This document shows positions 1 through 16,294 of a stretch of 64,000 nucleotides of DNA, piece by piece. The number at the start of each line of letters is the position of its first letter. Position 1 is the first letter of the stretch. The position numbers and the translations under genes were made by a program. The notes beneath the pieces were generated by a model that was given only the letters and a program-made list of their open reading frames with translations, was not told the DNA's origin and did not search any database. Source of the DNA: the human T2T-CHM13v2.0 reference genome, Homo sapiens; the NCBI RefSeq assembly GCF_009914755.1, contig NC_060931.1; one strand, given 5' to 3'.

Positions 1-160
1 AGCAGATAGCATCTCAGTTTTCTCACCTATTAGGTCCAGGGTGAGAGGAGAGAGTTACAAGTTATCTATTAGCATGGTTCTTATGAAAGTAATATCAGAT
101 ATGGTGGCATGTCTAAAAGCACTTTGTAACTATAAAGAACAGTGTGAGCAATGTTTGTAT

Positions 161-432
<272 letters not shown>

Positions 433-1609
433 ATATTATTATTATAGTAAATATCACATTGAACAATTTTTATCTAAAACTAATGTCAGAATGTCCATTT
501 CTTGATATAAAAATAAAAAAGTTTGCTTTTCATTTTTATCTTTCTGTAGAGATGTTGCTTTCTCATTGACACAGAAATCAAGACTGTTCAGATGATGTTA
601 ATAAAACAGCACATCAATATAATTTTTGAAGGAGATTTATAAAAATGTACATTTTAATTGTCATTAAATCTTAATACTTATTGAGCACCAAGGATGTGAT
701 GAGAAGTAGCCTGCTAGGTCTAATGACACTACTTAGCTGTTTGAATAACTAAATAGCACATTTCTATTTAGAGACCATATAAGTATTATAGGTATTCTTG
801 GTGATGTTATAAAGTTCTTCAAAGAAAATATGTATTTATATCTGGCTTTATATATTGGGGCAAAAATAGCAATAACACTTTCAAAATAGTGACGGAAAAA
901 CGAGTCACAATAAATACGTTGGATTCTGAAGATAAAGGAGTATATAATTCTCAGAGTTACAACATCTGTCTATAAAAATAGTGCAATTGGGATATACTAT
1001 TTTAGTAAGAAACTCATTAAGTGTAATTTTAAAAGCTGCTGCTTTTTTCTTAAGTTTGACATTCCAGTAAACTCTTAGGAAAATGTCCTTCCAGTTGCTT
1101 TTCCTCTAAGTGTCTAGAAGTGGAAGTACATTAAAATTAAAAGCAGAAAGTCCCTTAAATTCCTTTTAAGAAGTCCATCCTGTTAGTCTGACTCCTAGAA
1201 AGGCTATGGTTGCTATTACTTTGGGCTGGAACAAGATTACAAAAGACCTCAAGAAGAAGTGGAAATTATCATGGGAGTTTTCTGTCACTCTTATAGTTTA
1301 TGGCCTTTTTGTTCTTTTTTTAGTCCATTAAACATTTCTTTTTGCCAAGAGGTCCTATCTGTAAAAGGAAGTCTTTGATAATGATAGTTTAAAATGCTAT
1401 GTAATGAGATACTTATATGCAAAAATCCAAAAAAGCTTTTTTATTTCTATAATAATGATAATAGCAAACAAATTATAGTGAACAGTAAACAATAAGCTAA
1501 TTATAATTATGTGAATTGCTTTCTCCCTCACTGATTCCTTCTATACCTATTATTTTATTTCTCTGTTCACAATATTCCTGTGCTATAAGGGAGACTGCTA
1601 AATTTGCTC

Positions 1610-1712
1610 TTTTTTAGATGAAGACTTAGAGACCTGTAAGGTTGATATGACTGCCTCAAAGACACATGGTCGCGCTGTGGCTGAGTCGACACTCAAGGCC
1701 AGTTCTCTGTGT
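1610..1712. mobile_element. MIR fragment just upstream of the exon
   Basis: ttttagatgaagacttagagac...tgactgcctcaaagacaca resembles the MIR core. Confidence 0.5.
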
Positions 1713-1775
1713 TTCTTTTTCAGTGTGACTTGATATAGCTTGTATCTTAAACACTGCATTTTTCTTATGTTCTAG

Positions 1776-1896
1776 GTTTCTCCTCTGCCAACCCCTCCTG
1801 GACCATTGTCAGCAGTTGAACGACAAAGGCTGTGAATCTGCATCCTAGTCTTAGCAGTCCCTCTGATTCTCATGATGAGCTCACCTGCACAGCCTG
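1776..1896 (+). other. HDAC9: 121-nt exon (5'UTR plus start codon) of the long upstream isoform of histone deacetylase 9
   Basis: Pyrimidine tract and acceptor 'tttttcttatgttctag|G' (AG 1774-1775); donor 'CTG|gtcagt' (GT 1897-1898); GC content higher than the flanks. The encoded MMSSPAQP matches my memory of the N-terminus of long HDAC9 isoforms (MMSSPAQPD...). Confidence 0.85.
1872..1896 (+). CDS. HDAC9: First coding segment of the long HDAC9 isoform (MMSSPAQP plus 1 nt, phase-1 donor); the CDS continues outside the window
   Basis: ATG ATG AGC TCA CCT GCA CAG CCT G|gt = 25 nt; in-frame TGA upstream at 1833-1835; no upstream ATG in the exon. Gene identity is from recall of the peptide. Confidence 0.8.
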
Positions 1897-2952
1897 GTCA
1901 GTCTGGTTGCTTCTTAAACTGTTAATAGACTTCATGTGAAAGATGTTGCTTTGTGTTGTTTCAAACCAAGTAATTTAATTTATGAAGGAACTTTTTTTTT
2001 TTTGGACAAAGATTGCTTAATGTAACAAATTTTGAATTTTGCATTCGATAGCTAATTCTCTATTGCTTAACCCAGTTTGCTTCCTGGACAACTGATTTGA
2101 TTTGCATTGTAGTCTGAGCATGGGACTTTAATTCTTCTGCTTCCAAGGTAACATTCAGATTGAACTTTATGAAGTTATGAATATGAACTATTATATAGGA
2201 ATCCATTTTTCACCTGTAATCTTTCTGTCCTAACATGTGTCTGTATGCTTTTAAATTATACTGTGGGGCTTTGGAAGTCAGTTTGTGGATTGACTCCACC
2301 TCCATCTCTTTGACACACAGGAAGGATATTTTTCCTCCCCACCCTTCTTTGCTGCCATTCCTGTTTCCTATATACATATTTAATTATAATCTCAGCACCT
2401 GCTTCCTCCTATTCCAGTGATGTGTGCTGCTCATGTAGTGCTGTGATCAGCACAGCCAACACCCGTTCCTCCAGGAACAGGCTGTCATTTTTGGAGCAAA
2501 CACAATCCAAGTTTTGGGAATGATGAAGTAGGGTCAGATACCACATACTAGTAACAGACAAGTTTTACAAGAATTTTCTGCTTGGATACTTACAGAAGCA
2601 TTTATTTCTTTATAGATTCCTTAGCATATTGATATCCTTGGTTTATTGAACTAAGTTGAAGCTTATGTACTATCATACTCAGGGCTTATAAGGGAGACAA
2701 CTTGCCAAGATTTTCATTCCCTGGATTGCCACACCCAAGTTAGCTGTTTGGGAATTCCGCTGTTTCATCAACCTTTCCCCACATCCCCAACAGGCCTCCA
2801 ACTTGTATGCTGAATTTGGAACTTGATTCTAAATGGTGCAGTCCAGAAATCCCTGAGTCTTTAGTCACAACCATGTTTGATAATTGGCATGTCACTAGGT
2901 TAGGCAGATGGCAGTTACTTACTTATGCCTGTTAGCTCTGAGTCTTTATTGC

Positions 2953-3133
2953 CTAGTGGTTCTCAAACTTTAGCATGCATTGACATCACTCGGAGAGTTT
3001 GTTAAAACAAGCCCTATTCTCATAGTTTTTGATTTCGTAAGTCTAGAGTGGGGCACAGGAATTGTGATTTTTACAAGTTCCCTTGACAATGCTGTTGCTG
3101 CTTGGGGACCACACTTTGGGAATCACTGGTTTA
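2953..3133. mobile_element. MER5A (hAT-Charlie) MITE
   Basis: Ends ctagtggttctcaaact ... ccacactttgggaatcactgg; internal tttgttaaaaca. Confidence 0.8.
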
Positions 3134-4446
3134 GCTTCTTCTGCCCATTTCTCACCCCATCCCCTACCAGCCTCTACAGACAACCTTGTTTAAGTGTGTT
3201 CTGTGAGCGGCATTGCTTATTACAATTATAGTCTAGTACTATTATTCTTTCTGTTGGGATGAACTTAAATTAACATTTACCTTATATAGGTGTATATTGC
3301 ATTTTAAATATTATGTATATTTATTTGTATATAAATTCAGTGTTTCAAAATTGGATTGTTTAAAAGAGGCATTAATTTAGAACCACTGTGGTCAAGTATT
3401 TTTTTCTTGTGATAATATTTGGCAGTGGATGTTGGTCTACCCTGCTCCCCAAGAATGTTGATTTTATAAAATGAAAATCTCACTTGAAGCTGCTATTTTG
3501 ATGAGGAAATTCTTGCGAGTTGTGATAATTGTTCAGTTATGAGGAGAGAAAAGGTGATGGATAAATAAGACAACCATTGAATGAAGCTCACTTGACTTTA
3601 GGGTCACCAAAATTTCCTCGTGTACTTTTTTCTTATAAATCATTCTGCTGTGTTGACAATAACATTATGCAGAAGTCTCAATCAACTCCATTTGGGAAGT
3701 TTTTATGAATGAAATCTGAAGTTGAGGAAAGTGATAGTAAATGTGCCAGGTGGGTAGGAGTTTCTTCTATTTATTGCAAGTAAAAAACCATGATCAGAGA
3801 CCTGAAATTCACTTTGCATGGATAAAGGAAAATGTTCCTGCCACAAACATAAAAAAAAATTTTCTCCTGTTATTAGCCTGCATCTTAGGGTGCCGTATAT
3901 ATTCTGAGAAATAACCTGATTGTTTGATTTAGAAAAAAATATGTTTTTCTTACATCTTTTTTCCCCACTATCTAAAAAGAGAATTAAATTGGTCTTATGC
4001 AATCATCATCCATTTATTTTGCTTTTGTTCCACAAATGGCTCTAAGGAGTTATTGTGCACCAGAAAGAAAAATAGACTCACTTCAGTAGTTCCAGAAATT
4101 CTTTAATAGTCCATGTTTCAGACTGAGTATGTTTGTCTTCAAAATTGGTTCTGGTATAGTGTGAATTCTTATTTTTCCCATACATTAACATCATTCTTAG
4201 AAACGTTCTCCATCCATATTCAAATATGGTTGATATGAAATACAAAATGCCGCCGTCTTAATCATGCATTCAGTCAAACAATAAGTGCTGATTTTTGTAT
4301 ATAAAATTTACTAGTTTTTATTTTAATTTTGCTGCCCAGTTCTGTTCAAAGTTAGAGCCTTGGGTATTGCTTTTGGGCACTGAGGATCCTGAATGGAGGA
4401 AAGACTATCTGGATAAGATTGGCAGCTAGCTGCTGCAGTTGAGCTC

Positions 4447-4570
4447 TTCATTCAAAACTTATTAAGCATCTAACTTGTGCCAGCCAGTGTGTTACCCAAT
4501 AGGGACACAACAAGCACTAAAACATAGTTTCTATCCTTAGGGACAGCACCCTTTCATGGGAGAGACAAAT
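4447..4570 (-). mobile_element. L2 3'-end fragment
   Basis: ttcattcaaaacttattaagcatctaacttgtgccagcc... Confidence 0.55.
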
Positions 4571-4723
4571 AGTAATAGCTTTAGTCCATTTAGTGTCTTA
4601 AGTATTTTAATAAATTTAGGACCAGAAATTTATTTCCTCTGTACAGCAGTATGGATACTATTTCTAGTAATGTAATTTTTATCAGAATTGCCAAATCTCA
4701 GAAGGAAGGATTTTAGGACTTAT

Positions 4724-4897
4724 CTAGCATTTTCAAAACATGTCAGATAGTAAAAATCTCCTGAGACTTGTTAAAAATACAGATTTCCAGACTCCTCCCT
4801 GAAAGAGTATCGTGTGGTAGCCTGGGGGAAGGATACTGGATTGTAGAATGTATATTGCTCTTTGCTATGACTTGGCAAAGTGTAGAAATGCTCTTAG
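4724..4897. mobile_element. MER5A1/MER5B-like MITE
   Basis: aaaatctcctgagacttgttaaaaatacagatttccag motif. Confidence 0.6.
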
Positions 4898-5051
4898 TCC
4901 ATTCAACAGCACTAGTGTTTCATATTTGGAGACTATAAACACAAAAACACATCATAAAGTCTTATCTCAAGTAAATGTTTCTCTTGTGAGCAAAACTATG
5001 CTAATTCAGTTATTTTGTTCTCTGATGATAGATAAATAAAAAGCTAACACT

Positions 5052-5369
5052 GGCTAGGTGCAGTGGCTCATGCCTGTAATCCCAGCAGTTTGAGAGGCCT
5101 AGGTGGGAAGATTGCTTGAGCCCCGGGGTTCGAGACTAGCCTGGGCAATATGGTGAGATCCTATCTCTACAAAAAATTTTTTAAAAAATTGCTTGGCATG
5201 GTGGTGCATGCCTGTAGTCCCTGCTACTTAGGAAGCTGAGGTGGGAGGATTGCTCGAGCCCAGGAGGTCAAGGCTGCAGTGAGTGAGCCATGATGAAGCC
5301 ACTGCACTGCATTCTAGCCTGGGCCACAGAGCAAGACCCTGTCTCAAAAAAAAAAAAAAAGAAAGAAAG
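5052..5369 (+). mobile_element. AluJ-type element with TSD
   Basis: Dimeric Alu with J diagnostics (gattgcttgagccc, gaggtcaaggctgcagtgag); TSD aaagctaacac at 5040-5050 and 5370-5380. Confidence 0.95.
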
Positions 5370-7039
5370 AAAGCTAACACAGTGGAAACCTAGAGAAGGC
5401 AATAATTTGAGGGGAACATTCTAGTGGCTTTGCGTCTATCTAGGCCATCTCATTTTTATGGGGAGGTGGATGGACCAAAGAGATTTTTATGGAGTGCCTT
5501 TATTTTCCTCAAAAGAAGTTTAAGCATATTTTAACCCAGGGCAGCTTTTTAGTCCGATCTCAAGATTATAGAAAACCTAATTTCAGCCTGAACGTTTTTA
5601 AATAAATTGGGCTACATCAACCCTAACATGATTTTTAAATTTGATGAATCTATTTTTTGTAATTAATTTTGATGAAAACGCATCCAAAGGAATTTTCCAA
5701 GCGTAGAACACAATGTGCCTGTTGCCCTTAGAATTGTGCAATGCTCTGGCCTTGTGGGCTTCTAGGTAAAGTGGCCAAAGCTGTGTTGCAAAGTCCTGTA
5801 ACATTAGTTTTCAAAGCCCCTTGTATAAAGCTAGCTCATCTCTCTTTTCACCATTGTGGGAAGTACTCTACTCATATGAAGTGAGAGGACCAAGCTATTT
5901 ATAGAAGTGAAAGGTTTATAGCAAGATCTTATATTCTGTTCATTTTCTCGTATTCTATTCATTTTCTTATTGGCAAGTCTTGGGCAAAAATTAATTAAGA
6001 GATTTATCTTCATGCCTCTGTTTTGCTAAACAGCTGAATTCCCCCATAGAAATGTAGAGTACATGTAACTAATGATCAAAAAGTTCTTTGAAATATAAAT
6101 TGTTATGGAAATGCTAAGTAGTATAAACAATTTGGGGGCAAGCATTAATAAAAGCTTCTCTGCAAGCATTTTTAAAGAGGACTAATAAAAGCTTCATGGT
6201 TCAATTAATACAGCACAACATCAGGTTTTTTAGAAGCATATGGGACCCAGAAGGCCTGCCCCTGTTTTTAAAATTTACGAACTCTTTAATGATTCACCAT
6301 TTTTACTCCAGTGCATTACCCACAGTGGTGCCATTTAGCCATTAAGTAGGAAACTAAAACCAGGACAAAGCTACAAACAAATATCATAATGTCCAAGTGG
6401 GTATTTTTTCTTCAGTTTGTTCATAGTGTGTTACCAAAAAAATGAATGTTAAATGAAACAGAGTCTTAGGGCAAATCAAATAGGTTATGGCTTCCCTAGA
6501 TGAGTATGATCAGTTAGCTTTTTAATGAAATACAGGTCAAATCCCATGACAAGTAGCTCTACATAACTAAAATATTTTCAGGCCACTGGCCAATTATCTA
6601 TTTCAAGTAATATTCAAGAAAATTATTCCAGGATAATAAAACAAATTAGTTTTTTGATGTTTGTTGTAGCAGAAGTTGATCACAGGGTATGGTATTAATG
6701 GGAAACACTGTATGTTAAAGTTATTAACTATTGTTTTGGATTTTTTTTTTTTTTTACTACTTTAACTTCACAGTTAAGTGATTCATTCTTTTGCCATTTG
6801 TAAGTCAAAACTTCTCAATCTGATATTCAAGTTTGAAACATAAACCAAATGAAGCATTTTATTCATTCTCTAGTTTTTGAAGGACAGTGCTTTAATAAGT
6901 GAGGCATAAACCTTTTCTGAAAATGTTCAGTATAAATTTGTTTTGAACATTTATTTGTTTTTATATTTGCTTTTCACAATTAATTTTGGTGGGTAATTCA
7001 ACTTATATAATTTTCATTATTGTAACACTACAAACAAAC

Positions 7040-7400
7040 TCCATAATGCAGGCCAAACAGAAAAGGTTATTTCTCGTTCATATAAAGACTGAGTAGAGAG
7101 CTGCTGTTTTTCTAATGGCTACCCTTTGCCCCGGACAGCTTCTAACTGGTTTGTGCTTCTTCAGTTCATGTATTCTAAGGTCATTGTGCATCTCCGCATC
7201 AAGCTGGTGGGAGGGAAATTGAAGAGGTGCATTGAGTGTGAGAGGTTTCCAAAGGTACATCACTTTTGTTCACATTTCGTTGAGTGGAATTTAGCCACGT
7301 GGCCATACCTAACTACAAAGGAGGCTGGGAAAAGTAGTCTAGCAGTACTCCAGGAAGAGGAGGAGACAGGTTTGGTGAACAGCTGGCCTCTCTCTACCAC
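7040..7400 (-). mobile_element. Old MaLR LTR fragment (MLT1J/K/L-like)
   Basis: catcacttttgttcacatttcgttg...gccacgtggccatacctaactacaaaggaggctgggaaaagtagtc. Confidence 0.65.
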
Positions 7401-8105
7401 ATTTGTCTTAAAATTTTATACCTAGGACTGCAGATACGGTATTGCTTACCAAGAGGTGCAGTATTTTATAATGCACTCTTGATTTAACCAGTCATTAAAA
7501 AGTTAAGTAATTTTCCTTTGAAGAGATTGAAACACATTAAAATCAGGGCAGATCAGCTCACCAACATTTCTAAGAGTTGCCTAAGCCTTTGTTTATGAAT
7601 CATGCAGAATAGATAATGCCCAGTGTAGCTATTAGAAAATTCAAGTTCCTGTTAGTGGGAACTCTGCAGAAAATGGGAGTAAAATGTATGCTGAATATTA
7701 TATGTCCTTAATTAGTGTTTAAAAATAATGTCAATTTATCTGAAATTATAATTGCACATATGCTGAGGAAAAAGTACTTTAAACTTTATAATCACAATTC
7801 TTATGTTTGTTCTTTATTGCATTTTGGGGTCACGTTTTTCAACACCTCTGTAGTTTTAAGTATTATGATGAAAATCTAGGCCAAATATACAGTGGTTGAT
7901 AAATACTTGTTTTACACTGATCTTTTCATGAACACTACTATAAAACAATGCTAGACTATATATTTTCTTAAGCCCTGTAAGCAAAATCTTGCTACCTCTG
8001 CAAATACACATGTACAGCCCTTTGTTTATAACATTATGTGGAACCTTTATGGAGGATTTTTTTGTCTGTATAGATTGGAGTTTACTCTTCAGAGTACAAA
8101 AACTC

Positions 8106-8152
8106 TGTGTGTGTGTCTGTGTGTGTGTGTGTACGTGTGTGGTGCATGTGTG
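8106..8152 (+). repeat. Imperfect (TG)n microsatellite
   Basis: Direct reading. Confidence 0.9.
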
Positions 8153-8425
8153 CTTGTGTTGCAGTACTATAATAACTCTAGGGAAACACAAAGGTATGTG
8201 GAACCATGTAACCTGTACTTTTACACTAAATATCCCCCAAGGCTTTACTTTCTGTGGTTTTCTGCATATTTCTTAATTTTTGTCATATTTTGAGAATGTC
8301 AACGTATAGCAGTTTTCTCCATTTATAATTCACTGCCTCTAACTTGTTGTAGGGTTAGAAAGCTAAGAATTGTGTTAAATAAAATTGTTAAAAGATCACA
8401 AGTTCTGAGGAGGTGCAAATGTCTT

Positions 8426-8901
<476 letters not shown>

Positions 8902-9224
8902 TAGTCTATAGATTTACAGAATTTTGAGTTTCCAGCGGGTGAGGCATCGTTATGGTTTTAATTTTGCCATACTTTTCCTTGCAGTTATGATACATCAGTT
9001 TTTTTTTCTTTTTTTTTAAATTATACTTTAAGTTGTAGGGTACATGTGCACAACGTACATGTTTGTTAACATAGGTATACATGTGCCACGTTGGTTTGCT
9101 GCACCCATTAACTCATCATTTACATTAGATATTTCTCCTAATGCTATCCCTCCCCCTGTCCCCCACCGCACGACAGGCCCCGGTGTGTGATGTTCCCCGC
9201 CCTATGTCCAAGTGTTCTTATTGT

Positions 9225-13040
<3,816 letters not shown>

Positions 13041-13103
13041 TATGATGTTAGCTGGTTATTTTGCCAGTTAGTTGATGCAGTTTCTTCCTAGCATTGACGG
13101 TCT

Positions 13104-14124
13104 TTACAATTTGGCATGTTTTTGCAGTGGCTGGTACCGGTTTTTCCTTTCCGTGTTTAGTGCTTCCTTCAGGAGCTCTTGTAAGGTAGGCCAGGTGGTG
13201 ACAGAATCTCTCAGCATTTGCTTGTCTGTAAAGGATTTTATTTCTCCTTCACTTAGTTTGGCTGGATATGAAATTCTGGGTTGAAAATTCTTTTCTTTAA
13301 GAATGTTGAATTTTGGCCCCCACTCTCTTCTGGCTTGTAGGGTTTCTGTAGAGAGATCAGCTGTTAGTCTGATGGGCTTCCCTTCGTGAGTGATCTGACC
13401 TTTCTTTCTGGCTGCCCTTAACAGTTTTTCCTTCGTTTCAACCTTGGTGAATCTGACAATTATGTGTCTTGGGTTTGCTCTTCTCGAGGAGGAGTATCTT
13501 TGTGATGTTCTCCGTATTTCCTGAATTTGAATGTTGGCCTGTCTTGTTAGTTTGGGGAAGTTCTCCTCGATAATATCCTGAAGAGTGTTTTCCAACTCAT
13601 TTCCATTCTCCCCATCACTTTCAGGTACACCAATCAGATGTAGATTTGGTCTTTTCGCATAGTCCCATATTTCTTGGAGGCTTTGTTTGTTTCTTTTTAC
13701 TCTTTTTTTCTGTAAATTTGTCTTGTTGCTTTATTTCATTAATTTGATCTTCAATCACTGATACCTTTTCTTCCACTTGATCGAATCGGCTATTGAAGCT
13801 TGTGCATGCGTCATGTAGTTCTCATTCCATGGTTTTCAGCTCCATCAGGTCATTTAAGGTCTTCTCTACACTGTTTATTCTAGTGAGCCATTTGTCTAAT
13901 CTTTTTTCATGGTTTTTAGCTTCCTTGCGATGGGTTCGAACATCCTCCTTTAGCTTGGAGAAGTTTGTTATTACTGACCTTCTGAAGCCTGCTTCTGTCA
14001 GCTCATCAAAGTCATTCTCCGTCCAGCTTTGTTCCATTGCTGGCGAGGAGCTGCGATCCTTTGGAGGAGAAGAGGTGCTCTGGATTTTAGAATTTTCAAC
14101 TTTTCTGCTCTGGTTTCTCCCTAT
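13104..14124 (-). pseudogene. L1 ORF1, disrupted; start codon mutated ATG>ATA
   Basis: Fragments MEQSWTENDFDEL... (13822-14037) and ...RHIIVRFTKVE...YQPLQKHAKL* (13104-13595); the minus strand reads ATA GGG AGA AAC CAG from 14124. Confidence 0.93.
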
Positions 14125-15149
14125 CTTTGTGGTTTTATCTACCTTTGGTCTTTGATGTTGGTGACCTACAGATGGGATTTTGGTGTAGATGTCCTTTCTG
14201 TTGATGTTGATGCTATTCCTTTCTGTTTGTTAGTTTTCCTTCTAACAATCAGGACCCTCAGCTGCAGGTCTGTTGGAGGTTGCTGGAGGTCCTCTCCAGA
14301 CGCCGTTTGCCTGGGTATCACCAGTGGAGGCTGCAGAACAGCAAATATTGCTGCCTGATCCTTCCTCTGGAAACTTCATCCCAGATGGGCACCTGCCTGT
14401 ATGAGGTGTCATTCTGCCCCTGCTGGGAGATGTCTCCCAGTTAGGCTACATGGCGGCCAGGGACCCACTTGAGGAGGCAGTCTGTCCGTTCTCCAATCTC
14501 AAACACCATGCTGGGAGAACTACTGCTCTCTTCAGGCCTGTCAGAAGGGGACGTTTAAGTCTGCAGAAGTTTCTATTGCTTTTTGTTCAGCTATACCCTG
14601 CCCCTAGAGGTGGAGTCTACAGAGGCAGCGGGCCTTGCTGAGCTGTGGTGGGCTCCACCTAATTCTAGCTTCCTGAGCACTTTGTTTATCTACTCAAGCG
14701 TCAGCAGTGGCGGACACCCCTCCCCCCTGCCAGGCTGCTGCCTTGCAGGTCCATCTCAGATTGCCACGCTAGCAGTGAGCAAGGTTCTGTGGGTGTGGGA
14801 CCTGCCAAGCCAGGAGTGGGATATAATCTTTTGGTGTGCCATTTGCTAAGACTATTGGAAAAACGCAGTATTTGGTTGGGTGGTGTCCCGTTTTTCCAGG
14901 TACCATCTGTCATGGCTTCCCTTGGCTAGGAAAGGGAATTCCCCAACTCCTTGCACTTCCCAGGTGAGGTGATGCCCTGCCCTGCTTCAGCTCACCCTCC
15001 ATGGGCTGTACCCTCTGTCCAACCAGTCCCAGTGAGGTGAACCAGGCATCTCAGTTGGAAATGCAGAAATCTCCTGTCTTCTGTGTTGATCACGATGGGA
15101 GCTGCAGACTGGAGCTGTTCCTATTTGGCCATCTTGGAACGGACCAGTC
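14125..15149 (-). promoter_or_regulatory. L1 5'UTR: internal sense promoter with YY1 site, and antisense promoter region firing in the + direction
   Basis: GC-rich L1 5'UTR; YY1 core CCAAGATGGCC on the minus strand (15127-15137); many CpGs decayed to TpG/CpA; activity not shown. Confidence 0.7.
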
Positions 15150-16199
15150 CATAGTTTTATAATGCATGCCTATGTGTTGATTTGTGTTGCTTTGGAGTTG
15201 CTTTAATATCCAAATGAAAGACTCATGACCATATTATTGGTGAACTTTTAAAAAATATTGTATTGATTTATAGGAAATTGATAAGCTTTGAGGTAATCTG
15301 TAAAATTATTTTTAACCCCCCCCCCCCCCTTTTTTTAGAATAACTTCCTGGCACTTGATTATATAAGGCTCTTGCTGCTTATGATAGATGGTTGCTCCTC
15401 ACATATCATTGCATAATTAACCTTTTCTCCCAGGCTCTTAATGTCCAAGAAAATGTTCTCTTCATACCAGTAATGTAGTTCCACTGGAAAGTGTTCTGGG
15501 TGAGCTGGGGATTTTTCCTTTGGAGCTGGAATTTGCCCTAGTAATTCTGCCTTCTTTGGAATTCTGTGAGTTCTGTGAGAGGGCAGATAATCATAGTGGT
15601 GTATGACCAAGCACTCACCTTTTATCTTTAACTCTCAGAAGAAATTGTTTTTCAGAAAGAAATGTCAAAATGACATTATTCATGAGAAAAACTAGTCATG
15701 AGTTTTGGACTCTCTAGGAATGTAAACATGTTTAATAAAAGCTGGTGACAGTTTTTCGGTCTGCTGTTACTGGAAAGCCTGCTTGATTTCCTTCCCTGTG
15801 TTTTTCTGGTCTTGAGATCTCCAGTGCTTTCTGAAGATCCAGGAATGCCGTACAAATGGGAAAAGCCAGACTGTTATCTTGAACCTCTGTTTTTGAAATC
15901 TCTGTCTGATAAGGAAAAAAATATTGCAAGTCATTGTAGTTACTTGTTTGGTTTGTCACTGGAATTCCAAATATTTGCTTGGTGGTTCATGGACATGTAA
16001 ATTTTGGGATATGTTACTATTGTTTAGGGTATACTGTCTGTAAAATAAGTTATTAACCCAGTGACTGTTAACTAGATCTTCCAAAAGCCCTGTCTCCTAT
16101 CATTTTATGTGTATTGAAAAATTATTATAATTAGAGATTTTTTTAAACTCTTAGAAAATGAAAGTATACAGCTATGAAAATTCTGTTTGGGTAATTTTT

Positions 16200-16294
16200 T
16201 AAAAAATTTATTTTCAGTTCAGAGGTACATGTGCAGATTTGTTATACAGGTAAACTGTGTGTCACAGGGCTTTGGTGTACAGATTATTTCATCA
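16200..16294 (-). mobile_element. ~95-bp extremely 5'-truncated L1 3' end (L1PA13-16/L1PB-like) with TSD
   Basis: gtacatgtgcagatttgttatacaggtaaactgtgtgtc...; TSD tgtttgg(g/a)taattttt at 16184-16199 and 16295-16310. Confidence 0.85.

Noticed and set aside
14707-14772. Intact L1 ORF0
   Set aside because: The start is GTG and the frame closes early at TAG.
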